The notes under the pieces: generated by a model
The model's input: the letters and a program-made list of their open reading frames with translations, nothing else
Told to the model about the DNA's origin: nothing
Databases searched by the model: none
Source of the DNA: Tubiluchus corallicola
Lineage: Eukaryota; Animalia; Priapulida
Assembly (NCBI GenBank): GCA_030141605.1
Contig: JAQGDQ010002407.1
Span: 11,059-75,058, forward strand
Direction: 5' to 3'
Length of the DNA stretch: 64,000 nucleotides
Program-made: the position numbers and the translations under genes
In this document: positions 22,040 through 32,295 of the stretch, one piece after another
Layout: each line of letters opens with the position of its first letter
How positions within the stretch are numbered: position 1 is the stretch's first letter

Positions 22040-23263
22040 CTATACCCTTTTATTCAACTCAGATGCCAATGCGTCTATAAATTCTTCTGTTGTCAAATAG
22101 TGCTCCCGTTTCATAGTTTTACCATATATAGCCAATGCCAAGTCTTTGGTCATTTTGCCCGATTCGACCACATCAACACAGGTCCTTTCCAGCTTGTCTG
22201 TAAAGCTGATTAGTTCTCTATTATCATCCAGTTTCCCTCTAAAAGCCAGTCCCTTTGTCCATGCGTATATTGATGCTATGGGGTTTGTTGATGTAGGGTT
22301 TCCTTTCTGATGCTCTCTGTAATGTCGTGTAACAGTCCCATGTGCAGCTTCAGCTTCTACTATATCTCCATCCGGAACCATTAGTACAGATGTCATAAGT
22401 CCGAGCGACCCAAATCCCTGAGCAACCGTATCCGATTGTACATCGCCATCATAGTTTTTGCATGCCCACACAAAGTTGCCTTCCCACTTCAAAGCCGCAG
22501 CTACCATGTCGTCAATAAGGCGGTGCTCGTAAATAATTCCGGCATTTTTAAATTCCTCGTAGTATTTGCTTTCGTATGTTTCCTGGAAAATATCTTTAAA
22601 GAAGCCATCATATTTTTTGAGAATGGTATTTTTTGTAGAAAGGTAGAGCGGCCATTTTTTAAGGAGCGCCATTTTGAAACAGCTATGTGCAAATCCCCTG
22701 ATAGATTCTTCCGTGTTGTACATAGATAGTGCAATTCCCGCTCCATCAAAATGATAAACATTGTGGTGTTCCGGGTCAGATCCATCGTCAGGAGTAAATG
22801 ACATCGTTAGCGTACCCGGCTTCTTCACTGTTATGTCTACAGCCCTGTATTGATCGCCAAAAGCGTGACGCCCTATTATTATGGGCCCCTTCCACTGAGG
22901 AACCAGACGCGGAACATTTTTCACAAAGATGGGCTCTCTAAATATAGTCCCCCCAATAATGTTTCTAATCGTTCCATTTGGGGATTTGTACATCTCTTTC
23001 AGCCCAAATTCTTCTACCCTCTTCTCGTCAGGTGTAATGGTTGCGCACTTAATCCCTACTTTATGTTTTTTTATTGCATAGGCAGCATCAACAGTTACCT
23101 GATCCCTCGTTTCATCGCGATGTTCAATTCCAAGATCAAAATACTTGATATCCAGGTCAAGATATGGTTTTATCAACTGATTTTTTATCATTTTCCATAT
23201 AATCCTGGTCATTTCATCACCATCAAGCTCCACAACAGGGGCAACCACTTTAATCTTTTTCAT
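22040..23263 (-). CDS. icd: NADP-dependent isocitrate dehydrogenase (type II, eukaryote-like)
   Basis: [52 protein letters not shown]. Confidence 0.95.
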   Translation of the reverse strand: MKKIKVVAPVVELDGDEMTRIIWKMIKNQLIKPYLDLDIKYFDLGIEHRDETRDQVTVDAAYAIKKHKVGIKCATITPDEKRVEEFGLKEMYKSPNGTIRNIIGGTIFREPIFVKNVPRLVPQWKGPIIIGRHAFGDQYRAVDITVKKPGTLTMSFTPDDGSDPEHHNVYHFDGAGIALSMYNTEESIRGFAHSCFKMALLKKWPLYLSTKNTILKKYDGFFKDIFQETYESKYYEEFKNAGIIYEHRLIDDMVAAALKWEGNFVWACKNYDGDVQSDTVAQGFGSLGLMTSVLMVPDGDIVEAEAAHGTVTRHYREHQKGNPTSTNPIASIYAWTKGLAFRGKLDDNRELISFTDKLERTCVDVVESGKMTKDLALAIYGKTMKREHYLTTEEFIDALASELNKRV

Positions 23264-23411
23264 GACAGATCTTTTTATTAATTCATAAATTATAAGTTAA
23301 TAGTTTCCAGTTAGCAGAGATCTGCAATCTTTCATCTATTTTCCCCACTTTGTAACGCTTCTGCTTCGCAAAATCGAAGATAGTATTTTTTATTCAGTTT
23401 TGAGGTTTTTT

Positions 23412-23522
23412 AAAATTAATATTTTCGTGAAAGCTCGCTTCAAAGCCCTCATTTACATTAGTAGTTAGAGGGGCGGATTATTTTCCAACTCGAGTCAATT
23501 TTTTCTCCTTTGCAAAGGTTTT
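23412..23522 (-). mobile_element. MITE-like element lacking one end (mirror of 37165..37275)
   Basis: Reverse complement of the right-arm copy. Confidence 0.55.
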
Positions 23523-23528
23523 TAGCTG

Positions 23529-24617
23529 TTATTTATTAATCATTTCTGATTGTTGACGAACAGAGTCCTCATGAATTAGCTGAAAAAGGGTTTTTACAAA
23601 CATATCGTTCATGTGTAGTTTTTTCGCTAACGAGAGTCTTTCTTCTATCATAGATGTAAATCTGTCTATTTGAAGGACAGTAGCTTTGTTCTCTTTTTTA
23701 AATTTTCCTATTTTTTTTACAATCTCCGCTCTTGATGAGAGCATTTCAAGTATTTCACAGTCAATTTCATCAATTCTTTCTCTTAGATGATCAAGCTGGT
23801 TTTCAAATTGCGGATCGTTAGGGTGTTCATATTTTATAACCAGTTTATCAAGTATTTCGCCCAGCCCGGCAGGTGTTATTTGTTGTTCTTTATCACTAAG
23901 GGCCAATGACGGGTTTATGTGGACCTCCAGCATAAGTCCGTCCATCCCCATATCAAATGCTTTTTGCGATATTTCAAAAAGGAATTTTCTTTCTCCCGCT
24001 ATATGGCTTGGGTCGCAAATTATTGGTAGTTTGGGTAAAAGGCGCTTTAGTTCAATAATCGTTTTCCATCCCGGATAGTTGCGGTATTTTGTTTCTGTAA
24101 ACGGTGTAAACCCACGGTGTATGGCAACAAGGTTATCTATTCCGGAGCGGTTCAGCCTCTCCAATGCCCCTATCCACAGTTGAACGTCAGGGTTAACCGG
24201 ATTTTTTACCATTACCACCTTGTCGGTTCCTTTTAATACATCAGCAATTTCCTGTACAACGAAAGGAGATGCCGTTGAACGCGCCCCTATCCATAAGATA
24301 TCTATATCCGCTTTTAAGCATTCTTCAACATGGGAGGCATTAGCTACTTCTGTTCCTATGCGAAGACCGGTTTCATTTTTAACTTTTTTCATCCATTCAA
24401 GCCCTACGCTTCCCACCCCTTCAAAAGAGCCCGGGCGAGTACGCGGCTTCCACACCCCTCCGCGAAAGATAAACACCCTTTTGTCTTTTGCCAATTCTCT
24501 GGCGGTAGCGATTGCCTGCTCCTCTGTTTCAAGGCTGCACGGCCCCGCTATTAACAAGGGATTATCAATATCGGGGAGCCAGTGATTGACAGGGTTTATT
24601 CCCATTTTTGTATGCAT
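23529..24617 (-). CDS. Bifunctional DAHP synthase (type I-beta) / chorismate mutase
   Basis: IAGPCS, WKPRTRP, WIGAR, IHRG, DPSH; C-terminal LRERIDEID chorismate mutase domain. Confidence 0.92.
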   Translation of the reverse strand: MHTKMGINPVNHWLPDIDNPLLIAGPCSLETEEQAIATARELAKDKRVFIFRGGVWKPRTRPGSFEGVGSVGLEWMKKVKNETGLRIGTEVANASHVEECLKADIDILWIGARSTASPFVVQEIADVLKGTDKVVMVKNPVNPDVQLWIGALERLNRSGIDNLVAIHRGFTPFTETKYRNYPGWKTIIELKRLLPKLPIICDPSHIAGERKFLFEISQKAFDMGMDGLMLEVHINPSLALSDKEQQITPAGLGEILDKLVIKYEHPNDPQFENQLDHLRERIDEIDCEILEMLSSRAEIVKKIGKFKKENKATVLQIDRFTSMIEERLSLAKKLHMNDMFVKTLFQLIHEDSVRQQSEMINK

Positions 24618-24620
24618 AAA

Positions 24621-25517
24621 TCAACTTTTTGTATATAGTTTCACTATTGTTTTTTCACTTTTTGTTAATGATGGGTTATCATTTTCGAGCACTTCACGAA
24701 TGCTGTTGGCTTTGTTTATAAGCTTCATCATATTTTTATCGTTGTTTTCAATACTGCTTTTCAGTTCCTGAAGGTGGGTTATGTATACTTCAAGCGCCTG
24801 CGATATGTAGTCTTTGTTTTGTTTAAAAATTGGGCCCCACATTGCCGGAGAGCTTTTGGCAAGTCTCACAGTTGATCTGAACCCACCTGATGCCAGGTCA
24901 AAAATAATGCTTCTATCCTCTTTTGCCAATACAGCGTTTGCAAGCGCAAATGCAGCAGCATGAGGAAGATGTGATACAAATGCCGTGGTATGATCCTGTT
25001 CATCACTAGACATGTAAGCCGTTGACATACCCATGGAGTGATACATTTTCTCAACTATTGCAACATGCTGAGGTTTAGAGTCTTGCTGGTCACAAATAAT
25101 AGATATTTTCCCTTCAAACAGGTTGTCTGTAGCAGCAGACGGGCCACTGTTTTCCGTTCCCGACATTGGATGGGAAGGTACAAAGCAGGAGCGGTTAGGG
25201 TGGTTTTTGACTTTCGCGACTATGCTGCGCTTTGAGGAGCCTACGTCTGTAACAGTTGTAGAGGGGCTAATCAAGTCAAGTACTTTAGGCAGCACAGTTA
25301 TAATTTTATCTACGGGAATAGCCACCAGTACCATGTCAGCTTTTTTTACCGATGGCTTGAGTGTGCCTGTGCGGTCAACAATCCCTAGTTTTACAGCTTC
25401 TCTGGCATGAGCAGGATTAACATCAACGCCAATTATTTCTGTGGCAAATCCCGCCTTCCGCAAGTCCTTTGCCATTGATCCCCCTATCAACCCAAGCCCT
25501 ATGATCGTTAGTTTCAT
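24621..25517 (-). CDS. tyrA: Prephenate dehydrogenase
   Basis: IIGLGLIGGS, DVGS.K, HPMSGTE, SHLPH, GFRSTVRLAKSSP.MW. Confidence 0.92.
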   Translation of the reverse strand: MKLTIIGLGLIGGSMAKDLRKAGFATEIIGVDVNPAHAREAVKLGIVDRTGTLKPSVKKADMVLVAIPVDKIITVLPKVLDLISPSTTVTDVGSSKRSIVAKVKNHPNRSCFVPSHPMSGTENSGPSAATDNLFEGKISIICDQQDSKPQHVAIVEKMYHSMGMSTAYMSSDEQDHTTAFVSHLPHAAAFALANAVLAKEDRSIIFDLASGGFRSTVRLAKSSPAMWGPIFKQNKDYISQALEVYITHLQELKSSIENNDKNMMKLINKANSIREVLENDNPSLTKSEKTIVKLYTKS

Positions 25518-25564
25518 TTATTTAAATCAATTTGTTCGAACAGGTTGTCCTGCTTTTTTATATT

Positions 25565-25827
25565 GAGTTTCTACAAAGCTCATCCCTTTTTTTTGCAAAG
25601 GCAGCGTCTTCATTAGTTTTCGTGAGAGTTTTGGTCAAAATGTTTATTTATGATCAGGCTGAAGGATTTCAACGATTTTTCTCAGCGTGATCCCAAGGTG
25701 TTTTGCGTTGCAAAGGTATTGCAATTTTGTCAAATTTTGCTTTAAAGACCTCATTTAAGTCAGTAAGTTGCTGTTTTTGACGGTTTTTCAGCGTAAGCCA
25801 ATGTGCTGTTTTGGGCAGGGCAAGCCT
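25565..25827 (-). mobile_element. Two tandem MITE-like elements (mirror of 34860..35122)
   Basis: Reverse complement of the right-arm copies. Confidence 0.55.
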
Positions 25828-25854
25828 TTTAGTCCATTTTTGTAAGAGTTTATG

Positions 25855-27330
25855 TTATTTGTTTTCTACTTCAATAAAGTGTGGGAGTTTATTTTTATAT
25901 TTTGGCATAGACGCCCCAATTGAAGCATTTATAAATGTAGGGTCTGCGATATAAAATTTTCTGCCTGATATGTCAAAGTAAGTTCCGCTAAAGTCCTGTC
26001 CCTCGATAGCTGTTGCCGCATGCCCCGGGTACTGTAGCCCAACAACGTCAGTAGTGATAAGGTGCTTGGCAAAGTGAGAGAATAGTACAGCGCGGTCTTC
26101 ACAGTCGGAGTAAGGGTAATAAAAGAGCTCTTCGGCAAAGAATGATTTTTCCCTCCCAAATTGTTCCCCGTCTGTTTTGTATTTAAATGCGTTCTGCACA
26201 AATGATAGTAGGAACTCCGCTCTTTCCTTTTTTGTCATAGTATTGATATTTCTTTTTAGTTGTGAGTATAGGGAGTTTTTCAGCTGTTTGGATATTGGAG
26301 TGTTAAAGTATACTTGTAACTCTGTTGCCGGATAGTCATTGTAAAAATCAATGACACCTCTGTTACATTTGATATCTATGTTGTATTTTTTCCCTTCAAA
26401 TGAGAATAAGAACGACCGGCTGAATGTTTTTCCTTCGAAGTTTAACGCCTTGGCAAATCCCATGTCAAATATTCGCCCCTTTTCATTGTAGTCTTCATCG
26501 TAAGTATAGAGGTTGTTATTTTTTTGTTTTTCTGCATAGTAGTATTTTTCACCATTAAGTATAACATACTGCCTGGCGTATATTATAGTTTTGGCAGGGA
26601 GTAAAAGAACAGCTCCACCGGCACCGTCATATCCCACTTTTGCAGAGTACCCGGCTTTGTTAAGTAAAAACCATGTTGCCAGCGTTGCTTGCGTGTTGTT
26701 TCCACAAGTTTTCAGTAGTGTTGCTTGTGTCAACCGGTAAAATCCCCAATCATTGAGTTGCAGTTTTTTCGTTGCTTCTGCGAGACTGCTAAGGAGAACA
26801 TGGTGATTAGTCCCGGCCATTTGTTCCCAAAATCGGGCAATTGTTTTGTTGTCTATTTTCGTTATTTTCGGTATGCTAAAGTTGTTGTCAATAGATATGT
26901 CAAGGTTGTTCCCATAGAAGGTGAGGGATGTTTTTTTTACCGGAACGTCTGTGGGCACTACCCGGGAAGTCGGTAAGGGCTCTACTAAATCGGGTTTTTC
27001 CCAGGGAGTAATTATTTCTGGGATACGGGCAGGGAGGGAAGGAGGCGCAGCATCCCGCTCCGGAAGATAAGTGGGTATTTTATCAGGTTTGGGAGTTTCG
27101 TCTCTATTTTTACTCGTCAGTACATCAAGTTCTTTCCATCGTTTTTCAAGGAATGCTACAAACTCCTTATCTCTTTTTTCTACATATTGTTTAAAGTCCT
27201 GTTGCTGCTGTTGCATAAATTTATCCCTCTGCCGTCCCATTTCTTCTATGTTTTGAGAGAAAGAAAGGTTGTAAGAGAGAAGTGTGAGCAATAGCGGAGG
27301 TAGTGTGTATATGGTTATTTTTGTTTTCAT
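25855..27330 (-). CDS. Secreted protein with C-terminal transglutaminase-like (Cys-His-Asp) domain
   Basis: Signal peptide, coiled-coil and Pro-rich linker; YSDCEDRAVLF, YPGHAATA and ADPT match the DCED...H...D.T pattern. Confidence 0.7.
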   Translation of the reverse strand: MKTKITIYTLPPLLLTLLSYNLSFSQNIEEMGRQRDKFMQQQQQDFKQYVEKRDKEFVAFLEKRWKELDVLTSKNRDETPKPDKIPTYLPERDAAPPSLPARIPEIITPWEKPDLVEPLPTSRVVPTDVPVKKTSLTFYGNNLDISIDNNFSIPKITKIDNKTIARFWEQMAGTNHHVLLSSLAEATKKLQLNDWGFYRLTQATLLKTCGNNTQATLATWFLLNKAGYSAKVGYDGAGGAVLLLPAKTIIYARQYVILNGEKYYYAEKQKNNNLYTYDEDYNEKGRIFDMGFAKALNFEGKTFSRSFLFSFEGKKYNIDIKCNRGVIDFYNDYPATELQVYFNTPISKQLKNSLYSQLKRNINTMTKKERAEFLLSFVQNAFKYKTDGEQFGREKSFFAEELFYYPYSDCEDRAVLFSHFAKHLITTDVVGLQYPGHAATAIEGQDFSGTYFDISGRKFYIADPTFINASIGASMPKYKNKLPHFIEVENK

Positions 27331-27466
27331 AGTTTTTTGTTTTAAAGCTTTTTATTCTGTTTTTCCTTGATTTATAATAGTTCCCCAGGTTGTTAAATAC
27401 CTACTGACAGTACTTATAGGGGGAAAGTGTTAAGTAAGTTATCTGTTTCAGCTCAGATGCTAAAGG

Positions 27467-27596
27467 GAAGTTTTACAGAGTTCATTTTTTGTTTGTCTTT
27501 TTGCGAGTGCCTTGTTCAAAGTGTTCATTTGTTAGCGGGCTGAAAGTTTGCATTTTTTTCAGCATGAGCCAAGGTGTTTCATCTTGAAAAGGTCTC
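27467..27596 (-). mobile_element. MITE-like element (mirror of 33091..33220)
   Basis: Reverse complement of the right-arm copy. Confidence 0.6.
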
Positions 27597-27734
27597 ATAG
27601 CCAGAAGGTCATGATCTGTGTTGTGCATGATGTTTATTTGAGCACAGAGATCGAGTCTTTTCAGTGGTCACGGTTGTGTGGCAGAGTAAAGTCTTTCGCC
27701 ATGTACATCTCCTATTTATTAAATAAAGAGATGT

Positions 27735-27781
27735 AAAAAAGCTGATGCTGTACTTTAATCAAATTCAGCATCAGCTTTTTA
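27735..27781 (-). terminator. Intrinsic (bidirectional-type) terminator after LPP20-like gene
   Basis: aaaaagctgatgctg ... cagcatcagcttttt inverted repeat. Confidence 0.8.
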
Positions 27782-27806
27782 TTATAGTTCTGTTTTTTAA
27801 GTTGTA

Positions 27807-28391
27807 TTATTCCTCATCATATCTCTCCATTTCAGCGTTAAATTCTTTTTTGAATCGCTCGTAGTTGTAGTCAACACGAAGTTTTGCATCTTCAGAGAGA
27901 CGTTTATTCATGTCTGATAATACTTCATCTCCTGATAGTTCTATTGCTACATATGTTTTGTAAGTACCATCAGTCGTTTTTGTTTGTTTTTCGCAAATAA
28001 CGCGGGTTCCTGCGAGTCTTTGGCTTACAACCTCTCTTGCAAGGTATTCATACCTATCCTGAGATTCTTCTGTATTATTGACAGCAAGAGACTTTACATA
28101 AGCGTCTGTCACCCTTTTTACACGAGTTTCGAGAACAGAAGCCAGGCTGCTTCTCGCAGCAGTGTAAGCTTTTTGTTGAGATATGGATTGATTATTACTA
28201 GCCCCAATTGCGCTAGCTCTAAAGTAATTTTTGTCCGACTGAAATTTAGGGCCGTGACAGAAGTTTTCAATTTCTACTTCAACATTAGCTTTCGAAATGT
28301 TTTTGGCAGCTTTTTTTGCCCTGCATGACGGAAAAGAGATTATGGCTGCCACGCTTAATACCGATATTAAAAGAGTAAGTGTCTTTTTCAT
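27807..28391 (-). CDS. LPP20-like lipoprotein
   Basis: Lipobox-like FPSC after a hydrophobic signal; YFRASAIGAS...A..AAR..LA pattern. Confidence 0.65.
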   Translation of the reverse strand: MKKTLTLLISVLSVAAIISFPSCRAKKAAKNISKANVEVEIENFCHGPKFQSDKNYFRASAIGASNNQSISQQKAYTAARSSLASVLETRVKRVTDAYVKSLAVNNTEESQDRYEYLAREVVSQRLAGTRVICEKQTKTTDGTYKTYVAIELSGDEVLSDMNKRLSEDAKLRVDYNYERFKKEFNAEMERYDEE

Positions 28392-28495
28392 TGATCTTTG
28401 ATTTTAAAGTTTAATTTTTAATATTAAAAACAGATATGCTACGTTTAGCTTATTTCACCTTGTGCCGTAAGCTAAGTAAGTTCTCCATGTTTTGC

Positions 28496-28611
28496 AAGAC
28501 CTTTGCTTTAGTTTTTTATTAACATTTTAAATTCTCATTTACGCTAGCAAGTTGGATTTTATCGAGTTTTTCAGTCGTCTAATCCAAGATACTTCGTCTT
28601 GCAAAGGCCTC
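28496..28611 (-). mobile_element. MITE-like element (mirror of 32076..32191)
   Basis: Reverse complement of the right-arm copy. Confidence 0.6.
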
Positions 28612-28666
28612 ATTTCAAAGTAAGAATGTGTTTTCCATTAAGTTTTATTTTTTTAATGTTTGTTAA

Positions 28667-30295
28667 TTATAATAGCTTGTACAAGTTATGTTTTTCAGCC
28701 TGTACATAGTCATCACTCACTTTTACATCACGAAGGAAAGGGTAGCCATCGTTAATGTAATAGGATATTCTCCAAATAGTGGTAAAGTTCCAGTGCTGAT
28801 ATGTTTTTTCATCCCTCATAGCTGTTTCAGTTTTACCTGTTATGCCTGAGCTGCTTCCACTTCCTACACTTGTATTTGCATCATTGTCTGTCGTGTCCCA
28901 ATAACAGTTGGTTATTGTACTGCTATCGCTGATATGCCCTCCAAATCCACCGCAGATGTCAAGACCACTCACATCTCCTGCTGCATAGCAGTTTTCTACA
29001 GTACCACTATTATTGATATATCCTACAAACCCACCTAAGAACTTGTTGCAATCATCTACGTCTCCCATGGCATAGCAGTTTTTTATAGTGCCATTATTGA
29101 TATATCCTGCGAACCCACCTATGTAGCTATCGCATTCGTCGATATCTCCCGTAGCGTAGCAGTTTTCTATAGTACCATTATCGAAATAGCCCACAAACCC
29201 TCCTGCATAGTTATTACTATCGTCGATGTCTCCTGTAGCGTAACTATTAGTTATAGTGCCATCACCAATATACCCCACCAAGCCTCCCACATAAGAGCGC
29301 CCTATTATTTCAGATGCATGCACTCCTACATTTTTTATTTTGGAAGAACTGCCGTTTACGTATCCAAACAAGGCTATGTTATCCTGGCCGCTACAGTCTA
29401 TATAAAGATTAAAGATTTCATGTCCCTTGCCATCAAAAGTGCCTGTGAAGGGAATATTAGTAGTACCTATAGGGTTAAATCCTTTTAAGTCAAAGCCATT
29501 TGTTCCGGGGTTAGGGAAAGTTATATTCTTTTCCATAGTGTAACTTCCTGCCAAGTCATACTGTACTCCCTGTAAGTCCTCCCATGTTTTTATTTTATAC
29601 TGTTCCTTAGGGATTGTGTAAGCAAGGCTTTGCGTTGCTACTCCTGTTTTGGAAAGTTTTAATGTTACATTGAGCTCTTTGTCATAGCCTATATCCAACC
29701 AGTCATTCAGGCTCAAAGGGTTATTGATAGTTCCTCTGCTTCCTGATATTGTAACCTTTCCATGTACTTCCGGTCTTCCATCTATGGATATATAATAGTC
29801 CCATGTATTCCCCGAAGGTAAGTTGCTTATTTCAAAAAGATCAGTTTTTTTAAAGTCCCCTGATCCTATTCTGTTTTCATTATTGTGGCTAACAGCTCTT
29901 AGCAATACTCCTTCTGTTTGCTGCTGTATTGTAAAGCTAATTTCATTTCCTAAGACAATTTTTCCATCAACACCCTTTATATAAGTGCGGATATAGTATG
30001 TTACACCCAAAGCTAAGTCGCTTATTGCTATAGTAAAGCTTCCTATGCCTACAGGTCCATGTTCCGACGAGATGCGGTAACCTCTCTCTGAGCCAGGAGC
30101 ATTGAAATAGTATACTCCATACTCTGTAGCACCTTCTCCTAAGTCGACTATCTCCCCGTCTACATAAACAACACCACTTTCAGACAAGTTAAATACGTTG
30201 GTGGTTTTCACACACATAAGACGTTTTAAGTCTACTTCCTCACAGGCAAAGAGAGCCAATAAAAGCATCGAAAATATTAAAGTTATTTTTCCCAT
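28667..30295 (-). CDS. Lipoprotein with N-terminal FN3-like domain and C-terminal GLUG-type repeats (only intact copy)
   Basis: LFAC lipobox; L..GVTYYIRTY...GNEISFT; PIG...FTGTFDG.GH.I.NL; ~28-aa GG(L/F)VGY...I.NCYA.GD repeats. Spans the arm/spacer boundary. Confidence 0.8.
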   Translation of the reverse strand: MGKITLIFSMLLLALFACEEVDLKRLMCVKTTNVFNLSESGVVYVDGEIVDLGEGATEYGVYYFNAPGSERGYRISSEHGPVGIGSFTIAISDLALGVTYYIRTYIKGVDGKIVLGNEISFTIQQQTEGVLLRAVSHNNENRIGSGDFKKTDLFEISNLPSGNTWDYYISIDGRPEVHGKVTISGSRGTINNPLSLNDWLDIGYDKELNVTLKLSKTGVATQSLAYTIPKEQYKIKTWEDLQGVQYDLAGSYTMEKNITFPNPGTNGFDLKGFNPIGTTNIPFTGTFDGKGHEIFNLYIDCSGQDNIALFGYVNGSSSKIKNVGVHASEIIGRSYVGGLVGYIGDGTITNSYATGDIDDSNNYAGGFVGYFDNGTIENCYATGDIDECDSYIGGFAGYINNGTIKNCYAMGDVDDCNKFLGGFVGYINNSGTVENCYAAGDVSGLDICGGFGGHISDSSTITNCYWDTTDNDANTSVGSGSSSGITGKTETAMRDEKTYQHWNFTTIWRISYYINDGYPFLRDVKVSDDYVQAEKHNLYKLL

Positions 30296-30337
30296 AACAC
30301 GCTTTATTAAGCTTTAAATATATGATCTTCCATTTTA

Positions 30338-31308
30338 TTATTTATTCAGTTTAATTGCTAATCCATAAGTAACTGCTCCCGTTTGTATATCATAGTTTAC
30401 AATGGGTTTAACCCGACTTTTTGATTTGTTTTCAATAAGGGCAGTCCAAACCATATTGGCTACCCATAATGCACCGGCAGAGTAAAAGAGTATTCGTGAG
30501 TCGTCATATCTGCTTTTAGCCTCATTGAAATAGTGATCCCGGTCGTATGCATTATCCGAGTTGTGATAGTTTCTCATATTTACCGCTGCCATATTGTTTT
30601 GAATTATTCCAAAAGATAGCAGCCCGTAAAATGCTCCCCCCAGTCCCCAGTTTACACCGCTTTTATCGCTTAAGTAGTGCTGTCCGGCGCCCGGTAATAT
30701 AGCACTGTACAATAATGCCGTAGCTCTGCTGCGGTGCTTCTCTCCTTTTATTGTTATGTCCGATGGTTTTGTCTTCTTTTTCGGACTCTCTTTTGCCTCC
30801 TCACTCTCTTTAGCAAAAATTTCTTTCAGGTAAGTGGTCTCATCTTCTTTTATGGTTATTATCTTATTTATTGTAGTGTAATCTTTTTTCTCGAGGCTAA
30901 GGATGTGTTCTCCTATCAACAAACCTCTCAAAGTATTAGGTGTGACTCCTTGCTCTACGCCATCCAGCTTTATGATAGCGTCTATAGGCGATGTAGTAAT
31001 ATCAAGGCTTCCTACCCTAGCACGCAGATTCAAGTTAATAGTTTGTTCATCGCCAGCTTTCAGTTCCATCTGTTTTGGGTATCCATAGTGTTTGTCTTTT
31101 TTGGCCTCGAATCTATAAACTCCTTCCGTTGCTCTTCCTGTATAAGTTCCAAAGCCAACTTTTTTAGAGTTAACATATATATCCGCTTCCGGGCTGGTAT
31201 TTATAGTAATATTTGCAAATCCTGGCAGGAGGTTAATCTGTACATCAACCGTATCTCCTTCGGTAATGGCAAATTCTTTTGTAGCAGTCTGATACCATGA
31301 CTTTTTAG
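30338..31308 (-). pseudogene. PEGA-domain protein truncated at its 5' end by the fold-back junction
   Basis: PEGA-like repeats (ITINTSPEADIYVN; LDITTSPIDAIIKLDG..G.TP..L.GL..GEH); C-terminal SAILPGAGQHY membrane-associated segment. The first ~20 codons of the listed ORF are antisense GLUG-gene sequence from the right arm. Confidence 0.75.
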
Positions 31309-32020
31309 CATAGCCTTGTTTGGATACGTAAACGGCAGTTCTTCCAAAATAAAAAATGTAGGAGTGCATGCATCTGAAATAATAGGGCGCTCTTATGTGG
31401 GAGGCTTGGTGGGGTATATTGGTGATGGCACTATAACTAATAGTTACGCTACAGGAGACATCGACGATAGTAATAACTATGCAGGAGGGTTTGTGGGCTA
31501 TTTCGATAATGGTACTATAGAAAACTGCTACGCTACGGGAGATATCGACGAATGCGATAGCTACATAGGTGGGTTCGCAGGATATATCAATAATGGCACT
31601 ATAAAAAACTGCTATGCCATGGGAGACGTAGATGATTGCAACAAGTTCTTAGGTGGGTTTGTAGGATATATCAATAATAGTGGTACTGTAGAAAACTGCT
31701 ATGCAGCAGGAGATGTGAGTGGTCTTGACATCTGCGGTGGATTTGGAGGGCATATCAGCGATAGCAGTACAATAACCAACTGTTATTGGGACACGACAGA
31801 CAATGATGCAAATACAAGTGTAGGAAGTGGAAGCAGCTCAGGCATAACAGGTAAAACTGAAACAGCTATGAGGGATGAAAAAACATATCAGCACTGGAAC
31901 TTTACCACTATTTGGAGAATATCCTATTACATTAACGATGGCTACCCTTTCCTTCGTGATGTAAAAGTGAGTGATGACTATGTACAGGCTGAAAAACATA
32001 ACTTGTACAAGCTATTATAA
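31309..32020 (+). pseudogene. 3' fragment of the GLUG-repeat lipoprotein gene (no signal peptide or native start)
   Basis: Identical to the C-terminal ~235 aa of 28667..30295; begins mid-gene at the junction. Confidence 0.85.
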
Positions 32021-32075
32021 TTAACAAACATTAAAAAAATAAAACTTAATGGAAAACACATTCTTACTTTGAAAT

Positions 32076-32191
32076 GAGGCCTTTGCAAGACGAAGTATCT
32101 TGGATTAGACGACTGAAAAACTCGATAAAATCCAACTTGCTAGCGTAAATGAGAATTTAAAATGTTAATAAAAAACTAAAGCAAAGGTCTT
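32076..32191 (+). mobile_element. Degenerate MITE-like element
   Basis: gaggcctttgcaag...ttggatt...ctgaaaaactcgataaaat...gcgtaaatgag...gcaaaggtctt. Confidence 0.6.
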
Positions 32192-32295
32192 GCAAAACAT
32201 GGAGAACTTACTTAGCTTACGGCACAAGGTGAAATAAGCTAAACGTAGCATATCTGTTTTTAATATTAAAAATTAAACTTTAAAATCAAAGATCA

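Larger units (their letters stand above)
1..29378. repeat. Left arm of giant inverted repeat (may extend beyond window start)
   Basis: Bases 1-10 gactacctga are the reverse complement of 60701-60710. Mirrored ORF coordinates sum to 60711 outside the LysM indel and 60687 inside it. Identity ends at ...caaacaaggctatg (29378). Confidence 0.97.

Noticed and set aside
29379-31308. Hairpin telomere of a linear replicon at the symmetry centre
   Set aside because: The centre is a 1.93-kb asymmetric coding spacer rather than a perfect palindrome, genes are broken at the junction, and no protelomerase is present.
29379-31308. Programmed invertible (phase-variation) segment
   Set aside because: No recombinase is present and the flanking repeats are ~29 kb of housekeeping DNA, not short recombination sites. 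Inversion would only swap which GLUG copy is complete.
28667-32020. Diversity-generating retroelement template/variable repeat pair (duplicated 3' end of a lipoprotein gene)
   Set aside because: The two copies translate identically, with no adenine-specific differences seen. There is no reverse transcriptase, and the duplication is explained by the large inverted repeat.
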